From a virus (Duplodnaviria; Caudoviricetes): a DNA stretch of 40,887 nucleotides. How positions within the stretch are numbered: the stretch's first letter is position 1; each line of letters starts with the position of its first letter. The translations under genes and the position numbers were made by a program. Under the pieces are notes generated by a model. That model was given only the letters and a program-made list of their open reading frames with translations, ran no database searches and was not told the origin of the DNA. Below, in pieces: positions 1-10,514 of this stretch. Location of the stretch: positions 1 to 40,887 of the IMG/VR virus record IMGVR_UViG_3300048895_000086; one strand, given 5' to 3'.

Positions 1-126
1 TTTGGGTGTATCGGGTTTGGGATTTAAAATTTCCTTTGCTTCTTTAAGCTCTTTTTTTGCTTCTTCTTGCCGTTTGGTTCGGTCTTTATTCTCTTTTTCA
101 AATCTCGCGTTTTTCTTTGGAGTCGT
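1..126. repeat. Terminal direct repeat, left copy (identical to 40744-40869); circular overlap
   Basis: Base-by-base identity with 40744-40869; implies a 40,743-bp circle. Confidence 0.97.
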
Positions 127-2223
127 TTCTTTTTCTATTTTTTTTGCTAAGCCACTTCTTTTTTTCTCTGTTTTTGGCAAATTATATGAAATATTTCTAA
201 ACTCATCTGGTACGCGATCGGCTTCTGTTAGATTTTTTGAAGATTGTTTTACTTCTTCTTTCTTTGTCTTAATCTCAAGCAATCGCCTCTCCCCTTCCGG
301 CTTCTTGCTTTCTACTGGCGGTTGCGATTCTTTAAGCTCTGTAAGCTTTTTATCGAATTTCTCTTGGGAGGATTCAGGCTTAACTTTCTCCCCTTTGACA
401 TTTATTGTTTCAGGTTCTTCAAAGAATGTTTTGTTAACTTTGGCTTGATTCGCAGCGACATTTTCTTTGTGTTTTTTTTCATTGAAAACTTCGCTAGGCT
501 TAACCGATTCTTTAGCCTTGGGCATTTCTTCTGCTTGAGCTTTTAAGAAGGCAAAGTCTTTCTCGGCAGCTTTAAAATCACCCTTCATCAGGTTTTTAAC
601 GCCATCATGCCATTTGATTGTGAGTTTAGGTTTGTCTAACACGGTATTTAAAACAAATCTAACGCCTTGCTTAGAGAAGTCTAATGCCTTCTTGCCCATA
701 GACAACTTGGGATTAATGACAAAAAGACTTGCCGTTTCTACAAAGTCATTTAATCCTTTGTCTTTGGCTACTTTAAGCATTTTATATGACTTTTCGGAAG
801 AAAGCATGTCTTTCATGAGTTGTTCAAACTTAGGATAATTATCTCCTAAGGCTCTCTTGAAAGGAGCATTTGTGTGAGGATTATCAAAGAATTCTCTAAT
901 CTTATTATGTTTAATCTCGCCTTTAAACATATCGTTGATAAATTCATTGATCTTTTCGGCATCAAGAATTTGTGACCAACCCTTATTTGTTTCAGGGAAA
1001 ATCTTGCTAAACTCCGTTCCTGGGAATTTCTCTTGAATGACCTCTGCAATGGCCCGGTTATAGTCTAATAAGGCGTCTTTCTTAGCTCTATTGAAATTCT
1101 TCGATTTTAAAGGATCGTAAGCTCCTGTGAGATCTTGGTTATTTCCTCTGTATGATCGTACTAAATCGCCTGCCCCTGCTTTTCCCGTTGGCGTTTCTTC
1201 TATGAATTGCTTCATAAAACTATGGTATTCTTTTGCATACTCGCTAGGGGCAAGATTAGTTGAGATATTCTTTTTGGCTTGCTTTGCAATAGCTTTTTTA
1301 ACCGTCATTGTATCAAATTGATCAGGAATTGCATCTGCTAATTCTTCTATTTTGCCAAATTGCTTTCCTATTTCACTTTTAAAAAGCGGATTTGCTTCAA
1401 GTTCTGCGTGTGTTTTACCTACTGGACTATTTTTTATTAAATCATCAGCAATAGTTTTAAAATCATTTTCAATAGCCCGGTCAATTTTACCCATTTTCTT
1501 TTGGCTAACTTTGCGCTCTTCTTTAAGTCCTTCAAAACCCCTTTCTTTTAATCCTGAAGGCTTTTCTTTTCCACCAACAGTAATTCGTGGTGATCCTTCT
1601 GGGGGCATCTTTAGAGCTAAGAATGACAGAACCTCTGCTGCCGGTTCTGGCAATCCCGCTTCCTGTAAAACTTCTTTTACGACTTCAACTCCGGCGCCTA
1701 AAACAGGTTTTGGCAATCCAACATTTAATGGTCGTAAAGTCGCTCCTTCTGGTGACAATCTAGCTGCTTCAGTAGCAAACCTAATACCTTTTTGAAGTCT
1801 TGTTTTAGGCTCTAGAGGCAAACCTGTTTTTTCTTCAATCATGGTAGCAAGATTTCGAACTGTCGGAATCATGCTCATGGCTTTTTCGCGAGCTTCCTCG
1901 AATTCTTCTTCTGGAAATTCCTTACCTTCTTTTTCATACACTTGCTTAAGATGATCCATTTCTTCGTGGTCAAGCTCTCCCATAGAAAGCATCTGCCAAA
2001 ATGAAGCTGCTAATCCAGGCCCAGTAGTTTCTAAAAACCCTTGGATTGGTTGCATAGTTGTGCGAAGTGATGATTTCCAAAACCCCTCTTGCTCTTCATC
2101 CATTTCTTCCTTGAAGGCTGGATCTGTTGCAGCTTGTGCAAATGGGCTAGAAAATGGATTGGCGTTAGATTCTGGATTATCTAAATATTCAGCTTCTAAA
2201 GCTTGTTGGAAAGGATTTGCCAT
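1..2223 (-). CDS. Large putative internal virion/DNA-ejection protein, N-terminal 741 codons (continues at 40743-40471; 831 aa total)
   Basis: ATG at 2223 overlaps the upstream stop (TAATG); I read the frame to base 1 with no stop (MANPFQQALEAEYLDNPESNANPF...KEILNPKPDTPK); helical, K/E-rich; position typical of podovirus ejection proteins. Absent from the ORF track because it crosses the edge. Confidence 0.85.
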   Translation of the reverse strand, partial: MANPFQQALEAEYLDNPESNANPFSSPFAQAATDPAFKEEMDEEQEGFWKSSLRTTMQPIQGFLETTGPGLAASFWQMLSMGELDHEEMDHLKQVYEKEGKEFPEEEFEEAREKAMSMIPTVRNLATMIEEKTGLPLEPKTRLQKGIRFATEAARLSPEGATLRPLNVGLPKPVLGAGVEVVKEVLQEAGLPEPAAEVLSFLALKMPPEGSPRITVGGKEKPSGLKERGFEGLKEERKVSQKKMGKIDRAIENDFKTIADDLIKNSPVGKTHAELEANPLFKSEIGKQFGKIEELADAIPDQFDTMTVKKAIAKQAKKNISTNLAPSEYAKEYHSFMKQFIEETPTGKAGAGDLVRSYRGNNQDLTGAYDPLKSKNFNRAKKDALLDYNRAIAEVIQEKFPGTEFSKIFPETNKGWSQILDAEKINEFINDMFKGEIKHNKIREFFDNPHTNAPFKRALGDNYPKFEQLMKDMLSSEKSYKMLKVAKDKGLNDFVETASLFVINPKLSMGKKALDFSKQGVRFVLNTVLDKPKLTIKWHDGVKNLMKGDFKAAEKDFAFLKAQAEEMPKAKESVKPSEVFNEKKHKENVAANQAKVNKTFFEEPETINVKGEKVKPESSQEKFDKKLTELKESQPPVESKKPEGERRLLEIKTKKEEVKQSSKNLTEADRVPDEFRNISYNLPKTEKKRSGLAKKIEKETTPKKNARFEKENKDRTKRQEEAKKELKEAKEILNPKPDTPK

Positions 2224-3512
2224 TACCAATGATAACCTTTTTTCTTAGCGATTTTTTCGGCCTCTTGTGCTATCTTCTTAGGATCTTTAGTGGCTTTTTT
2301 AGCCTCTTGCATAATCTGGCTAATAATTGATTTATGTTCAGGATTATTAAAGTCTAAAGGCATTTTCTTAATATTTTCAGCATCTTTAAAAATTGCATCT
2401 TGTTCATCTAAGACACGGTTAAAAAGTGCGTCACTTTTCTGTTTAGCTCTTTCATTCAGCTTTTTTCTAAACTCTAAAATTCCTAAAGGTTTCCCTTCGG
2501 CTTCTGATTCCTCTTCGATCTCCTGCGCTGCATCCGCCATAATAATATCTTGTTGGGATGCTCGGCTCATAGAGTTAATCACTGCGATTTTCTGTTCATC
2601 TGTCAAATAAGTGTCCGCAATTTTAGCTTCTAGAATTTCGATCTCTTTAACTCTTGTAGCTCCAGCAAATAAGTTTTTTAAAGCACCATATCCTTGAACT
2701 AGAGAGGCTTTATATTGTACCGTTTCAGGAGAAAGAAATGACATTCCCATTTTTCCAGGAAGATTTTCAAGAAATGTCGCAACCAAAGGGTGGTCAATTT
2801 TACCGGAATTAATCAACTCTAAGGATTCTTTCTTTGCAGTTAAATCTCTTTCCGCAGCTTCTGCTCTTTCGGCCAAATTTTGTCTAAATGGTAGAGTTTC
2901 TTTACGTATATCAGCCTGTTTTATGGCTAAAGCCTTGGTTAGGTCAGATTCTTGTTTATATTCAAACTTTTTATATTGTAATTGTTTTGATAGAGCCGAA
3001 TCTTTGGCTGCTCTCCATTGTGCCGCTACAGAAGGATTAATAGTTGCAGCTCTTGTAATCGCCTCATCAGAAATAGAGATTGCTTTTCTTTCTTCCTGGG
3101 ATAATCCATCGTCTTTAGTGCTTGAAAGAACTTTTTTTCTAGGCTCTTCTCTTTGATCATTTTTTAATTGATATTCAGAAAGCCCAGCCATGTAAGGGTT
3201 TTCTTCTTGGGCTTCTTCTTGGTAATTTCCGCTAGATTCATCTGGCTTTATCAAGCCCGCAAGTGCATTGATCTCCTGTTTCTTTCTTTCCCCTTTCAAA
3301 GCATCAGCAATATACAACTGTTGCACTTTGGGATCATTAGTTTTAGGCATCTCCGTACCCGTCGTCTTTTTATACCAATCCCGGGTTTCCTTATTGGCTT
3401 CCTTCTGTTTATACTTATCATAAGCCCCTTGAGCTACTTGACCTGCACCCATCAATAAAGCCGCCCAATCAGTTTCTTTCTTCTTATGTGCTGCTGGTAT
3501 AATCTGAACCAT
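2223..3512 (-). CDS. Putative DNA-ejection (internal virion) protein, 429 aa
   Basis: Helical/coiled-coil, N-terminal ALLMGAGQVAQG segment, synteny after the tail nozzle. Confidence 0.6.
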   Translation of the reverse strand: MVQIIPAAHKKKETDWAALLMGAGQVAQGAYDKYKQKEANKETRDWYKKTTGTEMPKTNDPKVQQLYIADALKGERKKQEINALAGLIKPDESSGNYQEEAQEENPYMAGLSEYQLKNDQREEPRKKVLSSTKDDGLSQEERKAISISDEAITRAATINPSVAAQWRAAKDSALSKQLQYKKFEYKQESDLTKALAIKQADIRKETLPFRQNLAERAEAAERDLTAKKESLELINSGKIDHPLVATFLENLPGKMGMSFLSPETVQYKASLVQGYGALKNLFAGATRVKEIEILEAKIADTYLTDEQKIAVINSMSRASQQDIIMADAAQEIEEESEAEGKPLGILEFRKKLNERAKQKSDALFNRVLDEQDAIFKDAENIKKMPLDFNNPEHKSIISQIMQEAKKATKDPKKIAQEAEKIAKKKGYHW

Positions 3513-3523
3513 TGTCTACCTCT

Positions 3524-4063
3524 TTAAGTGCTGCCCCATTGATAACCTAACTGCGCGCCTTGAGCTGGCTGTCCGAACATTAATCCTGCAATACCGCCAA
3601 TAGCCGTTCCAGCAAACTTTTTATGGTTATTTGAATCTTCTGGATTTTGAGTTAATCCTCTTTCCTGTGGTCTTTGATTGAGGACTTGATCACTTAAACC
3701 CATTAAGTTTTTGATGGCATTATTCCGCATATCAGCTCTGTTTTTCTGTAATTCCTGAGCAAAGTCCATTGATGATTGATTGGCGGCATTCTGGAAGCCA
3801 CTACTTTTACGCCCACCCATTCCCATACCACTAAAGTATGATGCTAATTGACCTTGCTGAGCATTATATTTCTGGAATTGAGGCGCTTCCATCTCATTGT
3901 AAAGCTCTTGATCACCATTGGCTAAGCGCTCAAGATAGCTGCCTTTTCCTAGATGATTAAATTCGTTAGCAAAAACACTGGTTTGTTCAGGGGTATATTG
4001 ATTGATGGCATAGTTTCCCATGCCCATCGGGGTTTGTTCGTTCTTAGAGCTGTAAGCGACCAT
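3524..4063 (-). CDS. Putative small ejection protein, 179 aa (paralog of 4072-4554)
   Basis: Q/G/N-rich with C-terminal Gly-rich hydrophobic FAGTAIGGIAGLMFG; synteny. Confidence 0.6.
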   Translation of the reverse strand: MVAYSSKNEQTPMGMGNYAINQYTPEQTSVFANEFNHLGKGSYLERLANGDQELYNEMEAPQFQKYNAQQGQLASYFSGMGMGGRKSSGFQNAANQSSMDFAQELQKNRADMRNNAIKNLMGLSDQVLNQRPQERGLTQNPEDSNNHKKFAGTAIGGIAGLMFGQPAQGAQLGYQWGST

Positions 4064-4071
4064 ATTCCCCC

Positions 4072-4554
4072 CTATAATCTAATGTTTCCATATTTTCTTT
4101 TATTACTTTGATAATCTCTAGCAAACTGATCTAGGCTTCCGTAATGTTCTTCTCCAGATTCCGCTAAGCCTCTTTCTTGTGGTCTTTGCTGAAGGAATTG
4201 ATTACTTAAGCCCATTAGATCCAAGATAGCTTGTTGTCTCATCCCATGTCTGCCAGCTCTAAGATTTAAGGCAAAGTTTTTTGATGCTTGATTCTGTCCT
4301 TGTCCACTTGACATGCCACCGCCGAATCTAGAACCTATTCCGCTTTGCAATCCACCAAATTGTTTATATGCCTGCCCTTCAGTTTCGCCGTAAGCGCTTT
4401 CTTCACCTCCGGCAAGCCTTTCAAGATAACTACCTTTACCAATCTGCTTATAGTTACGGCCAAAGAGCTTTTCCTGCTCAGGCGTATATTGATTAACGGC
4501 AAATATATCATACCCTTCTGGGATCTCTTGATGTTTCGAGCTGTATGCTGCCAT
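4072..4554 (-). CDS. Putative small ejection protein, 160 aa (paralog of 3524-4063)
   Basis: Shares AYSSK, NQYTPEQ, GKGSYLERLA, LMGLS and QRPQERGL blocks with its neighbour. Confidence 0.6.
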   Translation of the reverse strand: MAAYSSKHQEIPEGYDIFAVNQYTPEQEKLFGRNYKQIGKGSYLERLAGGEESAYGETEGQAYKQFGGLQSGIGSRFGGGMSSGQGQNQASKNFALNLRAGRHGMRQQAILDLMGLSNQFLQQRPQERGLAESGEEHYGSLDQFARDYQSNKRKYGNIRL

Positions 4555-4564
4555 ATGAACTCCT

Positions 4565-5035
4565 TTAAGGCTGTGAAATCCATTCTATTACAATAATGCC
4601 TTTTGTCAAAGCTGGCATTGTGCCACCGCCTGGAACAAATATAATCTGTGTGGGAGATAGATAAAAGACTAGCTGGCCGGGGATGGCTATACTTGTTCCC
4701 GGGATTATGCCATACCAATTTGTTCCATCAGTATATTGGCCATACATAGCGCCAATGTAGGAAACTTCGTTAAAATTAATACCATGATCAATGGGTGCTG
4801 TCGAAGTAAAAGTATAGACTTCTCTTAGGCTCTGCTGCTTCTGATTTCTAAATAGGTAATAGGCATTTCCGGTCACTGCTGGACGAGTAATGGGAAATAA
4901 TCCAATTGTTCTTTCATTGATAGCTGCTGCAATCTCTGGGTAAGAACGAGTAAGGATATTCGCTATCTGCCCAAGATCTGCCGGAAATTCTCTTGAGGAC
5001 TTGATATAGGCAACTTGATTGATAATATTAGTCAT
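4565..5035 (-). CDS. Putative tail-associated protein (~156 aa)
   Basis: Likely start ATG 5035 overlaps the nozzle stop (ATGA); beta-rich C-terminus. Confidence 0.55.
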   Translation of the reverse strand: MTNIINQVAYIKSSREFPADLGQIANILTRSYPEIAAAINERTIGLFPITRPAVTGNAYYLFRNQKQQSLREVYTFTSTAPIDHGINFNEVSYIGAMYGQYTDGTNWYGIIPGTSIAIPGQLVFYLSPTQIIFVPGGGTMPALTKGIIVIEWISQP

Positions 5036-7839
5036 ACAAGCATCTGTGATGGCGTTATGTCGAGAATGCAACCGTGAAACTCAATTTCAGCAGTAGCGTT
5101 AATTGATTGTCCATCATCATCAACCTCTCTCATTTGATCATCTGACATTGTGATAGCAAGTTGAATAGTATCGCCAATCAATGAGGTATTTAATCGATGC
5201 CATATTTGAGCCTGGCTTGATGCTGTAGGAGTCATTAAGCTTTTATTTGCCGGTGTCAATCCTAAATTAGTGCTCTCTGGGCATGTGAAAACGGTGGTGG
5301 AATATATTAAGCTATTATTTACTGAATTCAATTGAGGTATTATCGGACCTGAGTTATAGGAATTGGCGTTATCTTGGCTTAAGAAAATCAGTAGGGTAAT
5401 TTCTGATTCAGCTGTGGCCGTAAATAGATATCGCTGTGTGCCTATTCTTGTTTTTCTAGCCATGCCCCATGCTGCCGGAAATTGCTTTGTTTGAATGAAT
5501 GGATTATATAGTCGTGTAATCAATCCGCCGCCGGAATATGTATCTGGATCTATGGTAGGGTTTAAAGTAAATGTATCCGCATCAATAGGTGGATCAACCC
5601 TAAAAACCTTATCATTTACTTGTATACCTATAGCTCCAATCACACCGCTAATTACAATGAAATCGCCTTCATTTAGACCATGATTCAAAGAAGTCACTAG
5701 ACTTGCATTAAAGCTCTGTATAGACAGGGATGTGCCTTCTCCTGTGCCTACATCTCTCTTTAGAACGAAGCCTTGCTGATTGCCCCCTATAACGTCTGGC
5801 TGAGCTGCTGTTGAAACGCCAGTATCCCAAGGATCGTCCCATTTCTTCCATGTCGCATAAACGCGTCCAATTGTTGCCCATGTTAGCGATTCGGAAACGA
5901 TATATTGCCCATAATGGGTATAAGATTCATTGAAAATTGACCAAGAAGCATCTCTGTAGTTATAGAATAGAGTCTGATTTGGGTAGATTATCTCTGAGGC
6001 TGTACCTTGAGCAAATTCATTAGCTGAATAGGTGAAATAAACCCATTCGTTGATATAATCTCTTTGGGCCGTAACCCTTTCATTGCCATTATTAAGAAGG
6101 TTGAATTGGAATATCTGATCAGGAATGTCTAAATCTATCCTTGCGACAGCATCCTGGGATGACATCACAATACCTCTATTACCTATCGTAAATACGCCTT
6201 TATCTAGGTTAATGGCTGAAAATGTGCTGGATGATCCATATTCTGAGTTTATTAGATAAAAGTTAAATGGAAATAGGTCATTACCACTATAAATTAACTT
6301 GGTCTGTAGATCTGGATCAAAACCGATCATCAGCACATCTTCATTTGTTGCAACTGTTACGGCTGGTTTGTCTACTCCTGCACTGACAAAACCGCCAAAA
6401 CCTGTTTGATCTTCGAAATATGCTGAGGGTGTAGCAGTCTGGTTTTCTGGCACAAGAAGTGGCGTAAATATTGTATCTGGCCGAGTTACGGAATTGGCAT
6501 CTGTAGCAGGAAACGAGGCTGTGTAATAGGCCGTTCCATTTTGGCTAAAGATGACAGTATCTTGAAGATATATAGAACCACCTGTAGACGCTTGAACTAC
6601 TGGTCCGATGAATAGCAATCTGTCCTTAAAGGGAACAATCATTCTACAGCCAACCAGGTAATATTGTTTTGCTGGTAGATTGGCTATAGAGAAGATTGAT
6701 TCAGATAATGGCGGCATGAAATTCACCCAGCCAAGCCCTGCAACAAATAGAGGGTTATTTGGGTCTTGATTGGTTGGATCACCATCATACCATCGGATGC
6801 AATCGATTGTTGGATCTGAACGATTTGTTAGATATTGGATTATGCCTGGAATATATGGTCCAGCCCCTAACGTAGCTGTAGGAATTGTAATTGTTACAGT
6901 GGTTCCAGCGACAGCAGTTACGTAACCAGTTTGAAAGTTCAATGTAAAAGCATTTGCTCCCGTCCATTCATTGAAGAACACGAAATCACCAACGACTAAA
7001 ACATTAGGTGTAATTGTTACGGTTATGGTTGTTAAAGTGTTTCCAACATAAGTAATATTAGCTGCAGGTGCAAATTGCATGCCTATATGACTGCCAATGA
7101 AAGGTATATCTATTCCATTGGTCACCCAAAAGGCTCCTTGATAGTTCACAGACCAGAATTGCTGATAATTTTGTCCATTCCAAGTGGTCGGAGTGGGCAA
7201 GGCAATTGCTTTCTGAATGTATCCAGGATATGTCCCTGTAGGTAGATTCTTATACCAACTTACACTATAACTTACGGGTACGGCTGTTGTCGTAATCACA
7301 TAGGCATAAGTAGTATCAAAGCCTAATGTACCAGGAAATGGTGTGTGTAAATTCTTAAAATCTTCTAGGCCTAAAACAGGCAAACCAGGGTAATATTGAA
7401 ATTGTCCTGTAACCGCATTTCCGCCTCCACCTGCTATTGTAATAGCTCCTGTTGAGTAAATTATCGTGCTCCCAAGGTCTATTGCGCCATTTTTTCTTAA
7501 TGTACCATCCATATCAGGATCAGTATATGTCTGTCCTGCCACCAAAATACTTACGGACCCAGGAACAATATTGCCTGATGCCTGAAGATTGAAATTCGTA
7601 AGGAGATTTCCAGCATCACCGACAAGATTAAATGATAAAGTTGTCGTATATGCCAGAGTTGTGTTAAAAAACCTCGTAAGGCGCACAAGGAATTCAGTTC
7701 CCCTTTTACGCTTAATCCTTCCTCTCCATTGATAGGCATTGATGATCGTAGGAAAAGCATCGTTATCAATATTAAACGCTTCTTTGCTGGTGTTAAGCCC
7801 TCTATTCATAGGGCCGATGGTGAATTTCTCTGGTATCAT
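5032..7839 (-). CDS. Tail nozzle/stabilisation protein (P22 gp10/T7 gp12-like), 935 aa, with two FCCH-like inserts
   Basis: Size, position, N-terminal G-L...NA...RGRIKRKRG motif, beta-propeller-like strands (PFKDRLLF, YNYRDASWS). Confidence 0.7.
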   Translation of the reverse strand: MIPEKFTIGPMNRGLNTSKEAFNIDNDAFPTIINAYQWRGRIKRKRGTEFLVRLTRFFNTTLAYTTTLSFNLVGDAGNLLTNFNLQASGNIVPGSVSILVAGQTYTDPDMDGTLRKNGAIDLGSTIIYSTGAITIAGGGGNAVTGQFQYYPGLPVLGLEDFKNLHTPFPGTLGFDTTYAYVITTTAVPVSYSVSWYKNLPTGTYPGYIQKAIALPTPTTWNGQNYQQFWSVNYQGAFWVTNGIDIPFIGSHIGMQFAPAANITYVGNTLTTITVTITPNVLVVGDFVFFNEWTGANAFTLNFQTGYVTAVAGTTVTITIPTATLGAGPYIPGIIQYLTNRSDPTIDCIRWYDGDPTNQDPNNPLFVAGLGWVNFMPPLSESIFSIANLPAKQYYLVGCRMIVPFKDRLLFIGPVVQASTGGSIYLQDTVIFSQNGTAYYTASFPATDANSVTRPDTIFTPLLVPENQTATPSAYFEDQTGFGGFVSAGVDKPAVTVATNEDVLMIGFDPDLQTKLIYSGNDLFPFNFYLINSEYGSSSTFSAINLDKGVFTIGNRGIVMSSQDAVARIDLDIPDQIFQFNLLNNGNERVTAQRDYINEWVYFTYSANEFAQGTASEIIYPNQTLFYNYRDASWSIFNESYTHYGQYIVSESLTWATIGRVYATWKKWDDPWDTGVSTAAQPDVIGGNQQGFVLKRDVGTGEGTSLSIQSFNASLVTSLNHGLNEGDFIVISGVIGAIGIQVNDKVFRVDPPIDADTFTLNPTIDPDTYSGGGLITRLYNPFIQTKQFPAAWGMARKTRIGTQRYLFTATAESEITLLIFLSQDNANSYNSGPIIPQLNSVNNSLIYSTTVFTCPESTNLGLTPANKSLMTPTASSQAQIWHRLNTSLIGDTIQLAITMSDDQMREVDDDGQSINATAEIEFHGCILDITPSQMLV

Positions 7840-8498
7840 ATGCCTATTGCTGTCCAGTAAAAACCTGTATAACTTGCTGAATTTGTCCTAACTCTAACTT
7901 TAAATCCATTTGTTCCCGAGGTGACAACTGCAATTGTTTGCGAATCTGATAAAGATGAATCTGGCCCAATTAATGTTACTTGTACATTAAACACATTATT
8001 ATTATATACAATAGGAAATAATACGTTTTGCGATAAAGGCAAATTCGTCCCATTATCAAAAGTTCCATATTGATATAATAATCCACCTGGCAAAAATGTC
8101 CAACCTCCAAAAAATTTTACGCTCCCTGATGTTGGATAATTTTGTGTATTTAGAGCAAATAATGCTTTTGATGCCGTAATTGTCCGCGTTAATTGATAAC
8201 TATCTGATGTAAGATCAGGTACATAAAATAAATTGCTTTCTGTGCTAACGCCTGTTGAATTAGCCGTTTGAGTCCATAGTGTGCCCGATTTTGCAATTCT
8301 AGGCGCTAAATTGGTAATTGCTGTAAGATCCGGCAATCTTATTTGTTTATGAAACCCGCCATTATCAACCCCAAATGTATAATGATCTTCTCCAATAATA
8401 TCCGATGTTGAATTTGTGTTTGTTCTCATCGGAGGTTGATCGACAGCCGGATTATGATTAGATGCCGGGATGTTTTTCGTATATGGATAATTTGTCAC
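7836..8498 (-). CDS. Short tail fibre/spike with gp53-like C-terminal domain, 220 aa
   Basis: GWTFLPGGLLYQYG...FPIVY...GF...YWTAIG pattern of gp53-like fibre tips. Confidence 0.7.
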   Translation of the reverse strand: MTNYPYTKNIPASNHNPAVDQPPMRTNTNSTSDIIGEDHYTFGVDNGGFHKQIRLPDLTAITNLAPRIAKSGTLWTQTANSTGVSTESNLFYVPDLTSDSYQLTRTITASKALFALNTQNYPTSGSVKFFGGWTFLPGGLLYQYGTFDNGTNLPLSQNVLFPIVYNNNVFNVQVTLIGPDSSLSDSQTIAVVTSGTNGFKVRVRTNSASYTGFYWTAIGI

Positions 8499-9931
8499 CC
8501 TAGAAATCCTCCTAAATTATTTGTTCCCCATCCTTGACCGTCATTCATTCTATGAGAATAAAGCGTCTCGGTTCTTGTAGCCGTCCATTGTCTTTGACTA
8601 CGTTTCCATACAAGCATCTCTTGTTCTTGGAAGAAAGGTTCATAGAAATTGAATTGCTCAATATCTCCGGTATCCGATAAGATCTTACGTGCCGCGCCTC
8701 TAGCTATATATTCAGACATGTAACCAAATGTGATAGCATCAGATGTGTTTAAATAGGCTGCTGGACTTAAATAAGCTTCTAGTTCTACGACATATTGGAA
8801 TGCTGGAACGCTTCTCAAAGTCAACACGTTGTCATAGAATAATATTGCTGTTGGCATTCCTGATTGAAAATAGCCTACTTGAGCGTGGATGTTATTTCCA
8901 GCTGGTATCGCCACGGGGAACGTTACATTTATTTCACCTGTCAGATAATTCACAAAGTTTTGAAGTGTAGATATTGAACCATCTGAAATATAGGGAGTAA
9001 ATAATGTAGAATCTACATCTATAGTAACTGTTGTGGGTGTTACAGATAATACAGTATAAAAATTCCCGTTTAATTCTGTTGTGCCAACAACGCCTTGTAT
9101 AAACACACTTTGACCAGTATCAAAGGTGGTTGATGCTGTAATAACCGTTGTTGTTGCTAATGTGATTCCAGTGATGGTAAATGAATTGAAATAGCCATTT
9201 GTAGCAGTCATATTTGATGTTGCGGTATTTCCAGGTGGTGGCTTGGGATTCATAAGCATGCCAAGATTCTGATTAAAGTCGAAGAACTGCCCGGAATCTG
9301 TAACAACTACATTCGCGCCATCTGCACCAATGGAAGTTAGATACACCGCGGGTTTAACGCTAGTCACGGCGATTCTTGTGTCTAAAGTAGTGCCAATTGG
9401 TGGATCTTGAACGGAATTTGTCGCTATGATTCCTGTAATATCAACATGGCCTCTCAGAATTGCATTGAAAGGTGGATTCTGTGGCACTGAAGAAGGAAGG
9501 ATAGGCAATTGAATTGTATAGTTATCTCCCCCATCTCCAATTGCTACCTGTCGCAAGTTTTGTGTTTGAAGCGTGCCAATGTTAAAGAAATTGCCTCTTT
9601 GAGTTTGAAAAGAGGCTTGAACACCATTGATGTAACAAGGAGCTAAAAATCCTTGATAAACTGGATAATAACTAATGTTTTGAGCATCTCCTGTTTCACC
9701 TGGATCTTCAATCTGTACCTCATAAAGAGGCATGTTATATTTGTCCACGCCCGGAGTGGTCACAAAAGAATAGGTTTTCTTCAGGTCAAAAAGTTGTATT
9801 CGTGCATCTACGTCATTGATCCAAAATCTATTGATATAGTCAATGATTAGTCCATTAGAGATCTCATTGTTAGACGGGCTTTTAATTATCCGTCTAACAT
9901 AAGTGATTATATCGTCAAGCAAGAACATCAT
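8495..9931 (-). CDS. Head-tail adaptor protein with inserted FCCH-like domain, 478 aa
   Basis: Helical N-terminus (LDDIITYVRRII..IIDYINRF) and C-terminus (EYIARGAARKIL) typical of podovirus adaptors, with beta inserts between. Confidence 0.7.
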   Translation of the reverse strand: MMFLLDDIITYVRRIIKSPSNNEISNGLIIDYINRFWINDVDARIQLFDLKKTYSFVTTPGVDKYNMPLYEVQIEDPGETGDAQNISYYPVYQGFLAPCYINGVQASFQTQRGNFFNIGTLQTQNLRQVAIGDGGDNYTIQLPILPSSVPQNPPFNAILRGHVDITGIIATNSVQDPPIGTTLDTRIAVTSVKPAVYLTSIGADGANVVVTDSGQFFDFNQNLGMLMNPKPPPGNTATSNMTATNGYFNSFTITGITLATTTVITASTTFDTGQSVFIQGVVGTTELNGNFYTVLSVTPTTVTIDVDSTLFTPYISDGSISTLQNFVNYLTGEINVTFPVAIPAGNNIHAQVGYFQSGMPTAILFYDNVLTLRSVPAFQYVVELEAYLSPAAYLNTSDAITFGYMSEYIARGAARKILSDTGDIEQFNFYEPFFQEQEMLVWKRSQRQWTATRTETLYSHRMNDGQGWGTNNLGGFLG

Positions 9932-9935
9932 TCAC

Positions 9936-10508
9936 CTAGAAGTTATTTGCGCCCATAAAGACAGATTTACGAGTAGAAACAGGCCTTGCATCCAATCGAT
10001 TAATTGTTGTGTCAACCGTGATACCGCCAGTATACTGTCCTGCTCCATCTTCAGAAGTGATCATCTTTTGATTCATTGTAAGTCTGTGATATGAGCAACG
10101 TTTTATCTGCTCAGCTAGATACCTTGGGCCCCATAGGGCTTTATTCACTGGCACTTTCCACCATTCGGCAGGCAGTCCACCATAAGGACGCGTCCAAATG
10201 TCAATTGTTTCGCCTACAACTTCGTTATTCTCTGCTATAAATCGTACATATTCCTTATCGAAATTGTATTGATCCCGGTAATGTTCATTGAATTTGTCTT
10301 GGCAACCTATCGTACGATGAGGTTTTAAGTAGATGTCTTTGGAATCTACAAGATCTTTTTGTGCAATCTTTGGGCCTTCAGTCTCAAGTTTTGGAGCGGT
10401 ATTCATGCGGTCAAGTGTAAGTTGCTCGATATTCTCTTTATGAGCTTCGAATTGCGCTTCTACTTTGTCTAACTCTTGTTCTGATGCTGAGGGTCTTTTT
10501 GTGCTCAT
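9936..10508 (-). CDS. Hypothetical head-morphogenesis protein, 190 aa
   Basis: Clean ORF with RBS inside the structural operon. Confidence 0.6.
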   Translation of the reverse strand: MSTKRPSASEQELDKVEAQFEAHKENIEQLTLDRMNTAPKLETEGPKIAQKDLVDSKDIYLKPHRTIGCQDKFNEHYRDQYNFDKEYVRFIAENNEVVGETIDIWTRPYGGLPAEWWKVPVNKALWGPRYLAEQIKRCSYHRLTMNQKMITSEDGAGQYTGGITVDTTINRLDARPVSTRKSVFMGANNF

Positions 10509-10514
10509 GTTTTC

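Noticed and set aside
2-3458. Many plus-strand F/S/L-rich ORFs in the track
   Set aside because: Antisense shadows of K/E-rich minus-strand genes
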